Shown here piece by piece: positions 59,094-64,000 of a stretch of DNA of 64,000 nt. The first letter of the stretch is position 1. Each line of letters opens with the position of its first letter. This stretch comes from Moniliella sp. 'wahieum'. Taxonomy: Eukaryota. The stretch spans positions 62,001 through 126,000 of the forward strand of contig RSEE01000058.1 of the NCBI GenBank assembly GCA_003971905.1. Direction: 5' to 3'. The translations under genes were made by a program, and so were the position numbers. Under the pieces are notes generated by a model. It saw nothing but the letters and a program-made list of their open reading frames with translations. It made no database searches and was not told the origin of the DNA.

Positions 59094-61120
59094 TCAAGGC
59101 AGGGCCGCCGCCCGAGCCGAAAGCTGACGAACTTCTGAGCCACCGAGAAGTGTGGCATTGTCGAACCGTTGAATCCCCTGGGCGGTCGAGCCACCCGGAG
59201 CAACATAGGTGATGTTGTGGCCGACCTCAGTGAGGAAGGCAGCGGTTTGATTGGAAAAACCAACCCAGCCCGGGATGACTGGGTCGGATTCGGCCCATTC
59301 CAGTTGCGTGGTATCCGGAGAGAGTTGGTTGTGCCAGCGTGGTTGGGCGAGCGACTGCTGAACATTAATTTCGCCCTTGCTCGAGAGAAGGTTGAATCCG
59401 TTGATGATGTTGGCCGTGATGATTTTCGACCCGCCCGCCGAGCCAATCGCAAAGAACAGTTCCCCCGTCGTCGCGTTTTCCCCAATCGTGGGTGAAATGG
59501 AGGAGAGAGGCCGTTTTCCGGCCGCAGGTTCGTTTGCGGGCGAAGGGGCGTACCCAAACGAGTTGGCGCCCGGCACGGCAAAGTCGTCCATCTCGTCGTT
59601 CAGCAGAATTCCATCCGACGTCCACACCTGACTACCCCAAATCAGGTTGACCGTCGTGGTCAGCGTCACAGCGTTGCCCTGGGCATCGACTGCTACCAAC
59701 TCGGACGTGCCCGCTTCCTTGTGGCGGGGAGGTAGGCGGAAGGGTTGTATTCAGCCGCGGGAAGAACAGAGGTATCATTGATCAAGGCTGCCTTCCGCGC
59801 TGCATCCTCAGGGCTGATGAAGATTTTTTGAATGTCGGTTGCGTTCTTAACAAAAGCGGGGTCACCCAGTTCTGTACGCTCGCCATAGGCAAACTTGGTA
59901 CTCTCAATCAACCGATGCAAGGTCACGTTCGAGTTGGGAGAGGTGGTGTTGATAGCATCAATGGTAGCCAAAGCAGAGAGCACAACGGTGCCCGAGCTTG
60001 GTGCGACAGAAGAGAAGACATTGTAGGACCCATTGGCAAAGGAAATGTTGTTGGCCTCGCGGACGATGGCAGTATAGTTAGCCAGGTCACCAAGGGAAAG
60101 AATGCCACCCGTAGCCTGAGCTGCAGCCACCGTATTGATCGCAATTTCGCCCTTGTAGAACGCATCGGCACCCTGTTGTTGGATGGTACGAAGAGTTTGA
60201 GCGTACCGCGGCTTCTTGATAATGTCCCCCTCCTTGGCCGCCTGGCCCGTGGGGCAGTAAACCTCCCGGGCGTACGGCAAGCCACAGAGCGTCTCGTTGT
60301 AAGCAGCGATCTCGACGCCCAACTGGGACGGGACGCGGAACCCGCCCTCGGCAATCTCGATGGCCTGTTCAAACAGGGTGGCCCAGGGCAACTTGCCATG
60401 CCGGCTATGGAGTAGCTCCCATCCCCTCAGCTCTCCGGGCACGCCCACTGCCAAACCACCAACGGTGGATGCATCCGGGTTGGAATTGTTGCTGTAAATG
60501 GTAGAGTTGCCGAGGGCAGGTAGCGATTCGCGGAAGTCAATCGTTTCGTACGTGGCATTGATGCGGGCAGTGGGGTCGGAGCTATTGGTTCCTTCTGGTA
60601 CAGAGCGCACGAGCATAAATCCGCCCCCACCAATGTTGCTGTGGAAGGTGTCAATGACGCCCACACAAAGAGCGGCACCAATGATCTATAATCAGCGTTC
60701 AGGCTGGTTAGTCAAGCCCACTGTTCCTTAACAAATAGACTGCAAGAAGATACGCACTGCGTCGGCGGCGCTCCCGCCTTTACTGAGCAAGTCAGCGCCC
60801 ACGTTGCTGCAGACGTCCACTTCAGTGCTCACTGCCCCGCCCGCACCTTGCACGGCATGCTCGGGAGCAAACCCCTGGGATTTTGCCTTAATGGCAGGCA
60901 GATCAGTGTCGTTGAGAGTGGTGTAGTTGCCCGATGGCAAGGGTGAGGCACTGGGATAGAAGACAGGGGCACTGCTGCTGGTCGTGGCCGAGGTGGAAGA
61001 GGCTGAGACGGATGTGGGAGCGGCGGAGCTTTGGGCTGAGGCTTCGTTCACATAGGGCAAGGGCGTAGCCTGGACGGTAGAGGCGGCCAGGAGCAGCACC
61101 GTGGACAAGACGGCGCGCAT
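59094..61120 (-). CDS. Gamma-glutamyltranspeptidase with N-terminal signal peptide
   Basis: GAVSTEVDVCSNVG..LLSKGGSAADA; intron 60686-60757; SNIGGGGFML, IDFRE, GGLAVGVPGELRG, HRLIESTKFAY; small subunit GTSELVAVD...TTTVNLIWGS, LLNDEMDDF, GKRPLSSISP, GSAGGSKI. One frameshift at about 59720. Confidence 0.95.
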
Positions 61121-63183
61121 GCTGGGCGGGGGAGGGGGGCTGGTGGGAAGAGACGAGGAAGAGAGGCGGCTGGACGGGTACTTTTTAAGTCGGCAAGGCG
61201 GAGAAATTGCGTCATGGGAGAGTGATCGACGGAACTGCTGTTGATAGCAATGCACTGACCAAGCGGGCAGATATCGTATCCCCAGGGCGGGACCAGTCCG
61301 ATCAGGCACTCGTCAGAGCCCCCAGAAGACGGAGGGCGAAGGAAACAGGAGGTCCGTCAGCGCTCAGCGTCATCGACATCGACATCGTTCAGTACGTGCA
61401 TCGATCATCGATCATAGGGAAAACGAGCGTTAGGTTTCTTCCTGCCTGTGTGGGCCCTCGGGGTAAAGGGGTGTAGTTTGGCGTAGTAGGGACGCTATAA
61501 GCGCCTAGCGGCTACCTATCTTACCAATGCCGCTATCAGCCACTCCCATCTGGCTGCGCACGGCCCACCCTCAGGCCTCAGGCCCGCTGCTGCTGTTCTT
61601 GTGTGCCTTCGCGTTCGTTCTTGCGTTCGTTCGTTCGTTCGTGCGCTCTGCGCTGCGACGGCTGTCGATGTCGAGCATGCCGATTTCATCGATCATCGAC
61701 ATCATGCATCACAGATCATTGTAATCATTCGATGATCTGTGCGCATCCCAACCAGCACCACGGCAGTCGGAGGGGCACAGCGCCACAGCGCCACCGCGCG
61801 CCTGCTTGGCGTGCCTGCACGCAGCGCTTCTGCTGGCCCCGTGCCTGCTGCATTCACGCCATCCACATCCCTTCTCTGCCTCGCTGCAGCCACACGGCCC
61901 AACCAATGCGAGAGTCACATCGACTGTCTGCGTTGCAGCCACTACCGCCACTGCGCAGCCCGGCGCCGATGTGCCGCGGCCCGCCTCTCGGCTTTTGTCT
62001 GTCTGCCTCGTCTGCCTATAACTGTCTTTTCAGATCTTATCGCGTTATCGCTTCCCGCCCGCCGTACCACGTGCACCATGCCCCCCCCATCTCTATTTCC
62101 GAGACGACGGAACTGATCTGGGGAGAACACTCGCCCTTCTCCCGGAGACCCTTCCTCCTCCCCTGGCGGCTACACCAACTCAACGGCTCCATCGTCTGGC
62201 CCTGGCCCGATGGGCTCCTTCGCCATGACGCGGAGCCCGTTTGAACGTCTTTTCACGCTCCTCAGGAAGGGTACCAGCATATGTATGAACGCGAGGTCTT
62301 TTTCAGAACAACATGGCCCTCAAAACACAGCAATAACTCCCCCAAAAGAGACCACCTCGGAGGCACAACGCATGTCCCCCCATAGGGTCTCACCACTTGA
62401 CAGCTGCGACGATCAACACGATACCCGGCATCGCCGAGCGGATCACGCGCAAGGGCAACAACTATCGACGGCTGTTGTGGGGTCAAAAAGCAGCATATAC
62501 TTCTTCTATGGCTAACCCCAACACCGATCCCCCACGTCCCTACACTAGCAAACTGATTGTTTTGAGAGTAGGCCGTCTCAAGACCTCGCTTTCCTGAACC
62601 GAGACTTCGGGCGACGGCAGCCAGAGTGCCGAGACCTTCTTCTCCACCGAGTTGATCCCGCTCTCTTCCCGGAGCGCCGTCAGAGGTGGGAGGAGATGCG
62701 TTAAAGGGCAAAAATCTCCGAATACACTACAGACTGTAGGTGCCAACCACTGATTTGGTCGGAACTTGTGTTCCTACTCGCCCCGTCCCCCACGTCTACT
62801 ATATAGCCCCCCAATATACGACCACTGCATTCAGCTGGCAGACGCAGGCCTGCTTTCGTCAATGATCTTAAAATGATTAGCGAGGCCAAAGATGGGCAAG
62901 TTCGCGTAAGAGTCGGAACCTTTAAACACCACAGACATAAGAGCGAGTGCGACTGTGCTACAAACCGACTTGCAAGTTCCAGGACCACTGCCACTGCCGC
63001 ACAACCGACTGCGGCCAGCCAAAAGACTCCTGGCGTGAAGTGTGTATTCAGAGAGAATATGAATCTGTGGCATTTCCCCTTCTATACCACACGCTAACAA
63101 CACGTGGCCACGAGCATCGTGACGAAGCATACTGCAAGGTAATCGTTTCGGTAAACACGCATGTACTTTGCGATCACACGCGA

Positions 63184-63565
63184 TTAAAGACCAGGCAGGT
63201 TCTGGCCCGTGAGCGACTTGAAGCCCGACTCGATACCGTTGCTGATCTCCTGGGTCTGGTTCTGGCTCAGGTCGTGGCCGAGGACCTGCTGCTCGCCGTA
63301 CTCAACAGCCTTGTCAACGTAGTCGTTGGTGAAGCCACCCTGCTGGCCCTGCTGCTGGCCTTGCTGGCCTTGCTGGTTGCCCTGGGGCTGTTGCTGTTGC
63401 TGGATTGGGATGGAGAGGACTGGAAGATGGGAGATGGGGTTAGCTTTTCGTACTTCAAGGAGTATGCCTTGTGTGGGGCCATGCATCGTGCCTCAGGGAC
63501 GCATCCGCAATCGGTGACGGCAGGAGAGAAGAGGGGGAAAGGTGCAAAATAAGACGTACGTCCAT
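63184..63565 (-). CDS. Small (~73 aa) Q/G-rich hydrophilic protein with a 6-nt first coding exon
   Basis: ATG GAC (63565-63560), then intron 63400-63559 (GTACGT...GCTAAC...CAG), then QQQQPQGNQQGQQGQQQGQQGGFTNDYVDKAVEYGEQQVLGHDL...EISNGIESGFKSLTGQNLPGL*. Confidence 0.72.
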
Positions 63566-63627
63566 GATGTTAGAGTTGACAGTAACGTTGGTGGGGGTAA
63601 TCAAGAAGGAGGAGGAAGACAGAGGCG

Positions 63628-63636
63628 TTTTATATA
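63628..63636 (-). promoter_or_regulatory. TATA box of the small Q/G-rich gene
   Basis: TATATAAAA on the minus strand about 62 nt upstream of the ATG, followed by a CT-rich tract. Confidence 0.6.
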
Positions 63637-64000
63637 CCCGCCAGACCAGCAGTTTCCGCTGTGGATGGAAGGATGCACATGGCACGTGTGCAGTGGACGG
63701 ATAAGGAACGGCGTTCGGGTGGGTGGATGGCTTGGCTTGCCACAGACAGGCGCTCGCCTTGCTCGCCACACCGAACTGCTCGAATGTTCGTTGGACGGAC
63801 ATGGTGCAGGCACAGCACTGGTACAGTCGCCTGCCTCGCCCTGGCTGCGTATGCGTGATGCTGATGCATGATGCACCGCTTTCCAGTTGCGAGTGACTAA
63901 GTGACTCGTCCCTTGCCCGCGCGTCACTAATCATGGTCGCTTTGATTCACCCCCATAACAGTGGCATGCGACACCTTCATTGTCATGTATCATGCATGTC

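Noticed and set aside
2442..61120. OPT transporter plus GGT as a glutathione-utilisation cluster
   Set aside because: They are more than 50 kb apart with unrelated housekeeping genes between them, so there is no evidence of clustering.
30798..61120. Lipase and GGT both begin MRAVL
   Set aside because: This is a short generic signal-peptide start with no further similarity.
62380..62700. Copia gag-like relic (AERITRKGNNY...W)
   Set aside because: The similarity is too short, with no LTR or pol remnants nearby.
11340..64000. Palindromic arrays as cloning polylinker or adapter contamination
   Set aside because: They are dispersed, degenerate, tandemly repeated and concentrated in intergenic DNA, unlike vector sequence.

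Overview
This is GC-rich fungal DNA, most likely a basidiomycete (inferred), with short GT-AG introns carrying CTAAC/CTGAC branch sites. The assembly is rich in 1-2 bp indels that break even housekeeping genes such as RPL9 and RIP1, so most frameshifts are probably sequencing errors. Recognisable genes are: the 3' part of a palmitoyl-protein thioesterase with a membrane/PPxY extension, an OPT oligopeptide transporter, RPL9, a cyclin, RPL37, SRP receptor beta, Rieske RIP1, a secreted LIP-family lipase, a NEK-like non-RD kinase, an MDR/PTGR-like reductase, an F-box-like protein, a Crz1/Ace2-type C2H2 factor, gamma-glutamyltranspeptidase and a small Q/G-rich protein. There are two full-length LTR retrotransposons with intact 5-bp TSDs. 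One is a Ty3/gypsy chromovirus with a Tf1-type self-priming PBS; the other is a Ty1/copia element whose PBS looks complementary to a tRNA-Tyr 5' half. A sister-family solo LTR, an LTR fragment and a degenerate tRNA-Ser are also present. The most unusual signal is a recurring pattern in the long intergenic regions: 7-bp-period arrays built from a 6-bp A-NNNN-T palindrome plus one spacer base, in which different palindromes replace each other in register.
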